Shown here: positions 1 to 11,965 of the stretch, piece after piece
How positions within the stretch are numbered: position 1 is the first letter of the stretch
How the letters are laid out: each line of letters opens with the position of its first letter
Assembly: GCA_964016885.1 (NCBI GenBank)
Contig: OZ024743.1
Coordinates: forward strand, 245,954,001 to 246,018,000
Source: Eledone cirrhosa
Taxonomy: Eukaryota
Length of the DNA stretch: 64,000 bases
Direction of reading: 5' to 3'
Position numbers and translations under genes: made by a program
Notes under the pieces: model-generated
Seen by the model: the letters and a program-made list of their open reading frames with translations, nothing else
The model's database searches: none
Told to the model about the DNA's origin: nothing

Positions 1-196
1 TTCAAAGGCTGACTATGAAGGAGTGATGCTAGGGCTGTGCATACATTTCAACTCTTATAAATAACTGCAGCGTTTCTTTCCAGTGACTATGTTGAAAAAT
101 AAACCTCATTTGGTCATCGCATGAACTTTTTAGCCAACCGTCGTATGTGTATGAGTATGTGTATGTGTGTGTATATATATATACATATATATATAT

Positions 197-828
197 ATAA
201 AGAATTAATATCTAGTAACATATATATATACATACAGATGCATATCAATGCTAGCAAATATATAGGTTTTGTCTTAGTAACTTTGTGGTTCAATGCATGG
301 GGTTGCAGAACAATAATATGAGAGACGTAAAATAAGAAAATTATAAAATTAACTTACTTACTAAAATATCACTTCCAACTAATTAGTTTCTGGAATGGAA
401 TAAATATATTTTCCGAAGAAAATACGGAGAATCATTCCGTCGTCAGGGAAGACTATTCTCATCTAAGTATCCAGGCAAAGCGTGGACTCTGGAAACTTAT
501 TAAAAAATAATTCAGTGGATAGAAAATAGCAAAGTGTGGACTGAATTCCTAGCCATTGAGAAAATCACTGCCTCTGCGTCGGTGGCAAATTCAAAAAGAA
601 TCAATCACGTGACATCGAGGTCAATCAGTGGAAAGTGGTTTGCTAATAAGACAGCGGCCTGCCTGCTACCATAGCAGCAGTCATGGCCAATATTGCTCGA
701 CAAATAATTTGGAGATAATTATAAAGAATTAATATCTAGTAACATATATATATACATACAGATGCATATCAATGCTAGCAAATATATAGGTTTTGTCTTA
801 GTAACTTTCTTATTTTACGTCTCTCATA
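197..828 (-). mobile_element. Non-autonomous hammerhead-bearing PLE/retrozyme-like element in a (TA)n tract
   Basis: Identical 88-bp direct repeats at 197-284 and 721-808; ~24-bp inverted repeat (318-341 vs ~806-829); internal type I hammerhead on the - strand; (TA)n on both sides; no ORF. Confidence 0.6.
372..451 (-). ncRNA. Type I hammerhead ribozyme motif
   Basis: Minus strand reads CUUCC-CUGACGA-C-GGAAUG..CAUUCC-A-GAAAC-UAAUUA-GUU/GGAAG. Stem I is CUUCC/GGAAG, stem III is palindromic, and stem II is capped by UAUUUUC-UUCG-GAAAAUA. Confidence 0.8.
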
Positions 829-883
829 TATATATATATATATATATACATACACATACATATACACATACATATATATATAT

Positions 884-920
<37 letters not shown>

Positions 921-924
<4 letters not shown>

Positions 925-3900
925 TATTAGAAAAGGGAAGTAAGGTTCTATACAAAACAGTGGATATAGGGAAAAGGTAAAGGTTGGAAATAGCACGGAA
1001 AATATATTTTAGGGTCTATTTTTCTTTTTTTTCCCTTTCTTTGATTGACATTATTGAAAAGATGACCTTATTGAAAAAATGAGAGGGACAATTCTTTTAA
1101 AAAAGAGTTTTATAATGTATATAAAGTATATAAATTATTACCGGCTTCGATAATAATAATGATAATAACAAAATTATTGTGTACAGTGCTCAGGTGCACT
1201 ACAACTCATCAAAGGTGAATGTATAGTAATACATAGAATAATGTACAAATGTCAGGAAAATGAACAGTGTACGAGTCATGAAATACATATGTGTGTGTGT
1301 GTATGGAGGAAGGACATTAGGTGTAGTGTTGGCGAATCTCAGGAAGCATGGAGGTTTTAAAGGATACAGTGTCTTGGCAGCTAATAACTGATGCAGGGAG
1401 TTTGTTCCATGCTTCAGTAACTCTGAGGGTGAAAAAATGTTTCCGAAAGTCATGGGAGCTGTGCTGTTTTCTGACTTCGTAGGCTTACCCACGTGTGTTA
1501 GACACATGGAAATCAAAAAGGTGCTCAGGGTTGTTGTTGGCAAGATGGTTAACGATTTTGTGGGTGTTTACCAAATCAGTTACCAGACGTCGGAGCCTCA
1601 ATGTATCCATGCCCAGGGAAGCACGGCGTTCAGAGTATGGTAGATGCCTTATGGAGGGTATTCGCTTGGTTGCACATCTCTGAACAGTTTCCAGGCTGTC
1701 AATGTTCTGAGCAAGTTAGGGGTTCCAGATTGGTGATGCAAATTCTAAGTGTGGCCACACCATAGCTATATACAGCTTTAAATAGATAGCTGGAGAGCGG
1801 CTGACAAAGGTCTTGTTGAGTGATGCTAAGACACCCTCGGCCTTCTTGACAACGCAAATCACTGCTGACAGTAATGCCCAGGTCACGTTCACAAGAAGAC
1901 TTCTTGATATTAGTGCTGTGGAGGGAGTATGTGGACGCTGGGTTTTTACTCCCAAAATGCATGCTAACTTGAGTTGCCAGTCCATGATCCAGTGTTGCAT
2001 TGTGTCCAGGTCTGATTGCAGGAAAGGATCTGTCCTTTTTATCTCAAGGTACAGCTTGATGTAATCTGCATATTTCAGTACTGTGACATTCTTTAAGTTG
2101 GCATCTATGTCATTAATATATGCCACAAACAAAAGGGGGCCAAGAACAGATCCCTGTGGTACACTAGATGGCATCCCATACAGTGAGGAATGCTGTCCTA
2201 GAACCGTGACTACCTCTCTTTGACTGAGAATGAAGGACTTCAGCCAGTCGAAAAGATCATCCTTCACACCCATTGCAGAGAGTTTTGCCATAAGTCTTTT
2301 GTGTGGCACAGAATTGAAAGCTTTAGCAAAGTCAAGGTAAACAACATCCACCCTTGAGCCGCCATCAGTGATCCGGGTGATGTTTTCAAGAAACTTGATA
2401 AGTTGATCACAGCAGCTAGAGTTAGGGATAAATCCAAATTACGAGGGCCAGATAAGACTGTGAGAGTTCCAGAAGTTCCAAAGTGTTTCTCTGACACAGG
2501 ATTCTATCAGTTTGGCAATGCAGCTAATAAGACTGACTGGACGATAGCTCACAGGTGATGTGTGGCCACCCTTTTTTGAACAGAAGTATGTCACTGGCAG
2601 TTTTCCACTGTTCTGGAGTAGCACCATTGTTCAGACAGAATTGGAAGATGCGTGATAGCTGGAGCAGAAGGAAGTACCCACCACGTTTGAGAAGCAGGTA
2701 TGTAACACCATCAAGACCAGGAGAGGCATGGTTGCGTCTATTTTTAAGGTGAGATCGCAGCATTGCATGTGTAAATTCCATAGTTGTAATAGAATCCGAT
2801 GTCAGAGGTGGTGGAAATGGTACACTTTGGTCTTCACCAGTGAAAATGCCTGCATAGCATTCAGTAATGAGTTCTGCGCATTCCTTGCGGTCGTCAGTAA
2901 TTTGGATTGTGTGGGGATTGTGAAGAGGACCAACTGGAGAGTGAGGTCTCTGCTTTGAGTGTACATACTTCCAGAACACTTACTGTCAGGGCTGGTTGCT
3001 ATGCGCTACTCAAATTCAAGCACTGCCTTTTTTGTCACCTGCTTGGGATGGTTGGATGATTTATTTTGCTTTTTCCTATTGATATCTGATTTATGCAGTT
3101 TGTACTCACGTTCAGCATTACGACGTTCTTTCCTGGCAAGACGCACTTTTGAGATGTTTTTTTCTGCTTACGTGGCACCGATGCTATACATGCTGTCCAT
3201 ATTGAGTTCAGGATGTTCTGGAGTACAGTGTTGACATCTCCAGAGTCGTAGAACTCAAGCCAGTTTGGACGTTGCATCTCAGTGCAGTAACAGTTCCAGT
3301 CTGCTTTATTCCAGTCAAAGTGAGCAGTTTGAAGATGGTTGTGGTTTTTGTTACTGCCCATGAGGGATAGATTGGCAATGATCATAGCATGATCAGAATG
3401 ACCTAAAGGTTTCTCAGTAGTAACACTAATTTCAGGAGTAGTGGTGAAGAGTAGGTCCAAAGTGTTGTCACCTTTTGTTGGGGAGGTGACTACTTGGGAC
3501 TAGTTCGAGTCCAGCACTAGCACAAGAAAATCGTTTGCACTTTGCGGCCAACAAAAGGTTTCCCAGTCAATCTCAAGGTGATTGAAGTCCCTTGCAATAA
3601 AAACATAAGTGGCTGTTTTCCTGGCAGCAGCTCTGAGGATATCACAAAGTTGAGTGTCCTGATGGTAATTTGGGGGACAGTAAACGACTCCAAGTAGCAG
3701 TGTTGATATGGTTATACGTATATCGCAGAAAAATACTTCTTGCTGCGATTGGTTCAAATCAACACAAGGAATTGCTGAAAAGTTTGAACGAACGTAGACC
3801 ATTACACCACCACCACGCCGATTAATGCGGTCTTTACGAAACAAGTTGTAGCCAGTTATGCTGAAAACTCCATCACAGAGTAAGGAATGTGCCCATGTTT

Positions 3901-4574
3901 CTGTGACTGTAATGAAGTCAGGGCCAATACTTTTGACATAGGAGTCAAAAAGATGTACTTTATTGCATAGACTACGTGCATTTAAGAACAACAATTTGTA
4001 CCTTGATTTCAGTCTATGATTACGTGTAGGGGATGGCAGGTTGATCCAATTTAGTTTCCCAGAGTTTTTTCAGATTTTATCAGCTGGTATCTCTTTTCCA
4101 TGTTTCACCAGCCTTAACAAACTTCCATATCTGTCCATCATCACGTAGGCTGAAGCTTTCATGTTGTGCTGAGTTGTGGTTTAAGGAAGCTGCAGCACGC
4201 AGCTTTGGGCGTACATCAGGTGGAAGACCAGGGCATGTTTGGAAGGCAATCCGACTTTCACGCCTAGCTTTATCAGAGGCTAAAAGATATGAACGTGCCT
4301 CAGTTGAGTTCGAAAAAGACAGTCTAATTAGCCTGGGTTTTGGACCTGGTCGGCCAAGGCGGAGAACACCCTTCGGGGGAGCACAACCCAAGTCTTTGGA
4401 TGAATTATTAAAATTCATCTTATCAAATGTTGAGTATTACAATTAAAAAGAATTAATAGGAATTAAAAACTAAAAATTAAAGATTTAAAATTAAGTGTTG
4501 GAGTAAGTTTTTTGCCATCTTCCTTGCTCAGAAGTGGACTGTCTCCATTCTCCAGTCCACTTCTGAGCAAGGAA
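921..4574 (-). mobile_element. PLE pseudo-LTR-like repeat (family A) split by a CR1 insertion; pieces 921-1151 and 4399-4574
   Basis: The two pieces join into a sequence colinear with 44945-45442. It carries a UUGAUAA...GAAGC hammerhead-like core, ends in (TA)n, and has a 22-bp perfect hairpin at 4520-4574. Confidence 0.75.
1152..4398 (-). mobile_element. CR1-clade LINE, 5'-truncated in ORF1, ORF2 (APE+RT) disrupted
   Basis: APE motifs FLNARSL/TETW/DFN (3500-3994); RT motifs YLDFAKAFNSV, VPQGSVLGPLLF, YADY (1716-2351); CR1-type C-terminus PHLEFASPIWNP; (TTA)n tail at ~1152-1170; many frameshifts. Confidence 0.92.
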
Positions 4575-4852
4575 ATAAAAATGGCGTAGACTTTACAATA
4601 CAATGGGTAGAAACATAATAGTACCACTGATGATGTTGCAGATGTGTGACGAAAGAACTTTGATAGACTATATATATATATTTATATCTGTATTTTTAAC
4701 CGTTGGTCAATCAATGATAAACATTGATTGCCAAATAAATTAACTATGGAGATATAAAAGATACAGAAGCGAAAACCAACCAAACCAAACAGTGAGTGTG
4801 TTCTGTTATTATTTCTGGCGATATAACAATATGACCCTCACCAAGTATAACA

Positions 4853-4860
<8 letters not shown>
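4575..4860 (+). mobile_element. PLE pseudo-LTR (family B) with hammerhead, running into (TA)n
   Basis: 3' end ATGACCCTCACCAAGTATAACAAT matches the tail of the GIY-YIG-coding PLE (23528-23558, 25360-25389); contains the hammerhead at 4618-4671. Confidence 0.7.
4618..4671 (+). ncRNA. Minimal type I hammerhead motif (family B)
   Basis: CUGAUGA-U-GUUGCA(GAUG)UGUGAC-GAAAG-AA-CUU; imperfect stem I AUAGUACCA/UGAUAGACUAU. Confidence 0.65.
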
Positions 4861-4928
<68 letters not shown>

Positions 4929-6525
4929 GTATATATATGTATATATATATATTTATTAAAATAACAGATTAAAGTTTAAGCAAAGAATTGCTGCTTTCAC
5001 CCCTAACAGGATCTTCTGAAACTAAAAAGATCAATCTGTGAACGTAGAAGTAAATATTTCGAAAAACGTTGCAACCGAAGGAAAATGTGTATGTATGCAT
5101 AATTACATTTATGTATCAGCTGTGCTAGGGTGAGAAATAAAATTCTAATTTTATTTTATATATATAGTGTAAAATACATGGCAAACTGGCATACACCTTT
5201 CTAGGTACTCAGGGTTTTTTTGCTATATTCACCTCTATGATGACAAATTGAGGGCACTTTCTTTGGTGATTACAACCACATATTCAGGCAATAATATATT
5301 GTCTGGTTTAGCATGAGTATATGTGGACTGTTTAGTGGAAAATGCAGGCTTAGTGATTTTCTTAATGTAGTCACAAGAAATGTCAAAAACTAGCTTCATC
5401 AGATTACCAACTGTTGAAATTAAGGTTGAAATTAATTGATCTGGGAGAATGGGGCACACATTGTAGTGCTAACCTTGGGTGCTAAATACCCAGATGCCAT
5501 TTCTGGTGGAGATAAACATTTAAATTAAGTATTTAATTAATTGAAACACAATATTTGTGAATAACACCAAGAGGTCAACACAAACACTAGTTGTTAGACA
5601 CAGTTCAACTTTCAACCAAACAGATCTATGATCAAACTGTTCCATCTAAGGTCAACCCATCTTAATTTCAAGTGATATATCTAATGTGTGTGTCCTTCAT
5701 TTTCCAAGATGTTACAGTGAGGTTTGAAGGCAATTTGACTGTTATTTCCAGCAGATTGAGTGACCATATAGAGATCCCTTGTTAGCTGAACAAACACTTG
5801 TGAACCCAAGTGTTTGAAACACATGGACCAGTGAACAACAAACCTTTTGATTGGAATCTAACATATAAAACTGAGTATTACAAAATAAATATTAAGCAGA
5901 CCACTATTTAATTGAAATGACTAAATTTTAAACCAAGAACATGAATCATTTTTTACTTACGGCAACCTGGCAGTGAAAATTCAGAAAATTTAACACGGAA
6001 AACTATGAACTGATGCTTCCTGATAAAACAAACTTGTTTCTATTGGAATATCATTCAATCCTTGTAGCAGCTGTGCTGATTTATCAAGTAATGCATTATT
6101 TCAAAGTTGTTTATATAAAATATGTAGCAATATGTATTTATGAGGCAAAAAGAAAATAACCCTGCCAAATTATTGGAAAAACAAAATTAATAAACAATTG
6201 CCTACGTGGAATGAAAGCAATGAGAAGAATATTGTTTACAATAACTTAGATTCAACTTTGGTCATCAGGATATAAATTAGTACAAACAATCATGTGTATA
6301 TTACATATTCAAATGTTGAATACCAAATTAGGTAAAGATGTTTTATAAATGACTAAAACATAGGTTCAATCTCTGAATACAAATTGCACACACATACACA
6401 CTCACACACTCTCACAATTATACTTTAGTAATCAATGATTCCTATGGACATTCCTCAGAATCTCTTAAACACACAGACATGTGTCTATTTTTCAGCTTTC
6501 CATCAAAAGTGGAGTACAGGTTGCA

Positions 6526-7451
6526 ATCATCATCATCATCATCATCATCATTTAACATCCATCTTCCAAGCTAGCATGGGTTGTACGGGTTTGTCCCACT
6601 TGAAGCAAGATTGGTTGGGTGACCGTGTCTCGCTCATATAGAACTATTTCTGGCAGGTTTTCTACAGCTGAATGCCCTTCCTAATGCCAACCACATCTAC
6701 AGTGTGGACTGGGAGTCTTTTTACCATGTCTCCTACACGACCAATTTACAGTGTGGACTGGATGTTCTGTGGTACCAACATAACTTTACAGAGAAAGGGT
6801 GGTGTGGACAGAAGTCGGAGGATGGGGTAGGGTGTGAGAGGTGGGGTGTATATTGGGTTAAGAGGTGCCTACTGACTGTAGGTTTAAGTTCGTACATAAG
6901 GGAAGGCAGCTCTTCTGTATAACTGCATAACGCCAAAGATCTCGATCCAGTAACTTTGTCTTAGAGAGGTGTAAGTGAGCAAGGCCAGTTTTTATCACCT
7001 CGTCCAAGGTTTTTCTGGGTTTACCCACTCTGTAGCTTACATCAATTTTGATCGCCCTGTATTTTTTTATACATCTGTTGTTCTTCATATGCATCACCAA
7101 CGCAATCTCCTCTCCTGCACACATTTGATACCTTTTATGCTTAGTCTCTCTCTCAATTTGTTTATGCTTTGCCGTTCACGTACATTACTATTACACATCT
7201 ATCGGAGCATGGAAGCTTCATTTCTTTCTAATCTACATAAGTCGTCTACACACAACACCCAGGCCTCACTACCATGTAACATTGCTGTTCGTATACAAGC
7301 ATCATACAATCTGCCTTTCATTTTTAGAAAAAATCCCTTTGTGGCCAACAGCGGTATTAGCTCCCTGAATTTTTTTCCATCCCATTCTAACTCTGGCTAC
7401 TGTACTTTCAGAACACCCTCCTCCACTGCTGATTTTGTCACCCAGGTAACA
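6526..7451 (-). mobile_element. RTE-clade LINE 3' fragment with (GAT)n tail
   Basis: Homologous to 61391-62930 (GRLYDACIRTAML, GKPRKTLDEV, DRDLWR); 3'UTR motif GGAAGGGCATTCAGCTGTAGAAA. Confidence 0.85.
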
Positions 7452-7993
7452 GAAAAAAAGGGGGGCTTCTTATGGGTTGCTGGTAAGCTGAAGTCCCATT
7501 GGATATGCCAGGTCATGTGATAAAATTCAAAGTGTGTGGTTGTGATAGATTAGAACATTGAAAAGTTGAAGAGAGATAACCCTATAAAATTTGAATTTCA
7601 TTGTCAAGGGTTGTGACTGCTTGATTCTCACTAGAACTATTTTCTGTGTTGCTTGATTTGAACTTGGCTAAGATAAAAGTTCTTTGGTGAGAGCAGTAGG
7701 AAATACTTTCAGACTTCTTGTTTTCTGATGTGCAGCTTCTTGAACAAGTAGATTCATCAATTATGCAATCCCCAAAGGAAAGGAGCTGCTGACAATGTCA
7801 TTGGTTATATTAGGACAGCCCATAATATATGTTCCTGGTCCATAAGCATCCATATGAAACAAGACAAGGAAGTTGTGTTCCCCTTTTTTCAGGACTTAAA
7901 GGAGTGAAGATGTCGTCAATAACATCCTATGAAGCTGTTTGTGGTATATTTACTAAGGTTATCCTGACATGAATAGCCAGCATTAATATTGTG

Positions 7994-8172
7994 TGGATTG
8001 GCAGTATCGGTAGAGGGTCGAACGCCATGCTTTCCAGCATAGTTATGTCCCTTCACGATCTGAGTTCAAATCCCGCCGAGGTTGACTTTGCCTTTCATCC
8101 TTACGGGGTCGATAAAATAAAGTACCAGTAATGCACTGGGTAATTGCTGGCCTTGTGCCTAAAGTAGAAACA
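7994..8172 (+). mobile_element. Young tRNA-derived SINE (Deu/Nin-like core); close copies at ~11611-11797(-), 30352-30545(+), 36046-36225(-), 45081-45262(+), 49036-49210(+)
   Basis: A-box-like TGGCAGTATCGG, B-box GAGTTCAAATCC, core GCCTTTCATCCTTACGGGGTCGATAAAAT; long TSDs (ATTAATATTGTG here, AATATACACACAAATAAT at 11.6 kb, ACCTCGAAATAAT at 36 kb). Confidence 0.85.
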
Positions 8173-8344
8173 ATTAATATTGTGTGCTTTGAAAAATTTG
8201 TGGCATTTATGTGTAGTCAAGAAGTGGTACCTAATGAAAGATATAGTGGTGACCTCTAAGTTATGAGGTAGTTTAAACCATTTTACTTTTAGCTACCTGG
8301 TTCTCCTGGGAACTGGGGTGGATGAGGAGTTGCCATGTAGACTA

Positions 8345-8660
8345 ACTTCTTAATAAAGCCACCCTAAAATCTCAAAAGTAAAGCAGACAATCACTAACAA
8401 TCACTTTCTGCAATACCTTGAATCTCTTTCTCTTCTCAGTATGGATTTCATAAAGCTACTCTTTTATGTCACATTCCCATGGATCTTTACTCTTGAGTAA
8501 TTTGGTGAAAACAGTGTTGTTTGTTTTGCACTTGATACAAGTATAGGATTCAACTGTATGTAGATACAAATCTAGCTAAACTGCTTATCAATGGACTCTA
8601 TCTGTCTCTCATCCCTTGGATTGGAAGCTTCCTGTCAGATCGTACCATTGCAGTCTGATC
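8345..8660 (+). mobile_element. Old CR1/Zenon-like RT fragment
   Basis: Degenerate QYGFHK...FALD...LIPWIGSFLSDRTIAV across frameshifts. Confidence 0.55.
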
Positions 8661-8949
8661 AGGATCAGTCAGATCTGCATATTAGCAGACCCATTGATCA
8701 GAAACAATAGTGTTTGCCATTCTGTTTATATGCCAACACAAGAGAAATAATGACGGAGTCATTTTACTGACATGGTTTAAAGTGGCTGTTTGCATAATTG
8801 CAAATGAATCAAATATTATGATTAATATTCGAAAAAAATCAGATATACATTTCTTGTATTCAGCCATGTAGAGTGATAAAACTATTTGTTAATTATTTCA
8901 CTATGGCAAAGCCAGCCATTAATCGCTCATATGATCTGTGGTGCTACAC

Positions 8950-9343
8950 AGTAACACAGAAGACCTGCCATGCCTAAGTACAAAGCGAAACCTACAGTCA
9001 GTAGGCACCTCTAACAAAAATACACCCCTGTCCCACTACCCCCTACCCCATCCACACCACCCCTTTCGATGTAAAGTTATGTTGGTACCACAACATCCAG
9101 TCCGAAATAAATGAGGTCGTGTAGGTGTCACGACAAAAAAACACACAGTCCACGCTGTAATGTGGCCGTGTAGGTAACACGGTAAAAACCTCCCAGTCCA
9201 CACTGTAAATCTGGTTGGTGTTAGGAAGGGCATCCAGCTGTAGAAAACCCACCAGACAGTCCTATATGAGCAAGACAACCAATCTTGCCTCAAGTGGGAA
9301 AATTCCCGTCCAAACCCATGCAAGCGTGGAAGATGGACGTTAA

Positions 9344-9378
<35 letters not shown>
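8950..9378 (+). mobile_element. RTE 3'UTR fragment with (GAT)n tail; similar fragments at ~19495-19720(-), 37830-38110(-), 43505-43705(+), 55357-55460(+), 60660-61015(+)
   Basis: Highly similar to the 3'UTR of 61391-61885. Confidence 0.8.
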
Positions 9379-9379
9379 A

Positions 9380-10165
9380 CATGAAACTGACTGGCCTATC
9401 TGCTGATATGCAAATCTGGCTGATCAGTGGGACAATCTGTGTTTGAGCGAAACATTTAACTCTCTCTTTGATCATTTTGATCAATTTTCTAGGTGCCACA
9501 TACTTTCTGCAAGGGCAAAATTCTTGGGGGACTGGGTTGATACCCTGCCTGTGGTCAACATTGGTGGTGATCTCAGTCTGGATGAGCTCCACATCTCCAT
9601 TGCACTCCAAGTGGGAGCCGATGTCTGTTGGGGTCTGAGATGTCACTGTAGTAGGTCCCTCAACTCCACAGGCCCCTATGGTTTGTCCTGCTGCCTGAAT
9701 GCTGGTTGCTTCGCCCACCACATCAAGCTAAACCTGATTATTAATCAGGCCCTAGCTCGGATAAATATCCCCTCAGTTCTGGAGCCAACTGGATTGTCCA
9801 GAATTTATGGGAAGAGACCAGACGGTCTTACCCTTTGTCCCCGAGTATGAGGCAGATGCCTCTTCTGGGATGTCACAGTCTGTGACTCTTTTGCTCCCTC
9901 CCATATCATGGAGGGTCACTGCTTCTGTTGCCATAAAATCCTGAAGTACCAAGAACTATCAAATAACTATTTTTTCCAGCCTGTGACGTTCAAGACGTTT
10001 GGTGGAGCTGGGCCGCTGACATCGAAGTTCTTGTCATCGCTGGCAGCTCACCTTACCGAGATATCTGGTGATATCCATTAAAGCGTCTTGTTGTTTCAGC
10101 GCCTTAGCCTCGCCATCACCCGCAGTAATGCTGCGAGCGTGTTGGCTTGCTTCAATATTTTCCGT
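9380..10165 (+). mobile_element. CRE-clade non-LTR element 3' remnant (zinc knuckle + restriction-like endonuclease)
   Basis: CHC..GLSC..HH..LN...LEPTGL..GKRPDGLTL..WDVTVCD..KY..TFG..FQRLSLAITRSNAA, the typical CRE RLE C-terminus. Confidence 0.8.
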
Positions 10166-11965
10166 TGACCATTGTGATGTGCGGCCGATTTTAGCATTTG
10201 GTGATGAATTGATGATCGATTTTGTTTATTTGTTTTGTGTTTTTTTTTCCTTCTTTTTTTTTTGTTTTTGTTTTTCTTTCTCTTTCACCATATATTTTTT
10301 GCGAATTACCTTTGTGAGGATCGTAGCAATAATTAATTGTATTTATTGAATGTTTATACCTGTGTTTATATTTTTATTCTGTAAGAACTATAAACAATTT
10401 GTAATGTTATTTATACAACTGTGAACTTCGGAAAATAAAAGATTTGGATTTCTTTAGCCAAGTTTCTTTAATTTATTTGGAGAAAATTCGTCACACATAC
10501 AAGACATCATCGGCACTCTTCAAACATTTTCTCACTTACTTGCCAGTGTTTGAAACAAAATGTTTTGAGATCATTGTGATTTTAAAAAGTTTTATTCTAG
10601 TAATAAAGGATACGACTTTGGCTTGCCAGGGCTGCAAACAAACGTATGGATCGTATACCAAGAGTATAAAGGGACATAACTTTAATACTATTAGTTTCTG
10701 CTATTTTATAATATATAGTAATAGCTATAAAAAGATTGTGAAGTATGTCTAAACTTATTGTTTTGATTAGTTGAACGTCTTTAATAAAAGTTTATTCCAC
10801 GAGTCACTGACAGCGCCTCTACACGGTCGTTCAATCTGCTAGAAATACCAGCTTAATCTCTGTCAAATCACACCTTGCCACTTAAAAAGGGGAAAAATAA
10901 TGAGTAACGGGGTCCTAGATATACTATGCCTGAATAAAAGTACGGAAGATTACAGTTATAACATATCTCATTCTAGCTTTCCTTAACTGGATTGATCTGA
11001 GGTTAAATAACAATAACATAATTTCTTATTTCGACGTAAGATCATTTTATCTAGGTCTTATCTTTAGTAATACTAACATATGGCATAGTTATTGGGAATT
11101 GGAAGTTTAAATCAATTATTTATGGTGTAACGCTGATATTTTGGAGAAATGTATCAAGATAAAATGTTAAAGGAAAATTATTTATTTGGATTAAATAAGT
11201 TCTTCACACTACTTACAGATGTAAATCTTTTGACGCACAATTAGTATTTTATCCTGGAATCACTGGGTGTTTTGGGTTTTAAAACGTACATTGTCATCCA
11301 GGTAAACCAACCGAGGTTGATAAACCTCCATCCTGTGTCTAATTGGCATACTATTGACCCACCAAACATTTCTTTTCATCCATAGCCATCTGGATTCCCT
11401 CTCTGCTGTTTTTAATTACCCTCGTGAAATATTCGAGAAAATTCGTGACATATGCAAAAAAATCACAAATTAATTATTTTCTAGAAGTATTTTAGAATGT
11501 TGTTCCAATATAACATGAGAAAATAAAGGTGCTGTAGATAAAATGCCTAATAGTATTAGTTATCCCCCTTTACAAATGATTCTTACAGAAGAAAAATATA
11601 CACACAAATAATTGTTTCTACTTTTGGCACAAGGCCAGCAATTACCCAGTGCATTACTGGTACTTTATTTTATCGACCCCGTAAGGATGAAAGGCAAAGT
11701 TAACCTCGGCGGGATTTGAACTCAGAATGGCAAGGGCCGTAACTCTATGTGTCAAAGCATGGCATGTGACCCTCTACCGATACTGCCAATCTACTGCCAA
11801 TATACACACAAATAATATATACGATACTTAATTACTAGGGCAATTTTTTGCTAAAATGTCTAAAAGTCTATGAAAGTTTAAAATAGCCTAGAAATGGTAG
11901 AAAACATATTTTGATTTTTAAAAATAGCAAATTAAAAAATATTTTTAGGTCTAAGAAGTCTAAAA

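Noticed and set aside
121-996. ORFs rich in YIYI/CVCV (also at 20067-20467, 21917-23606, 25345-25545)
   Set aside because: Translations of (TA)n/(TG)n microsatellites.
7450-7980. Possible coding remnant or host exon
   Set aside because: No convincing motif or splice context in any frame; at most a very old LINE trace.
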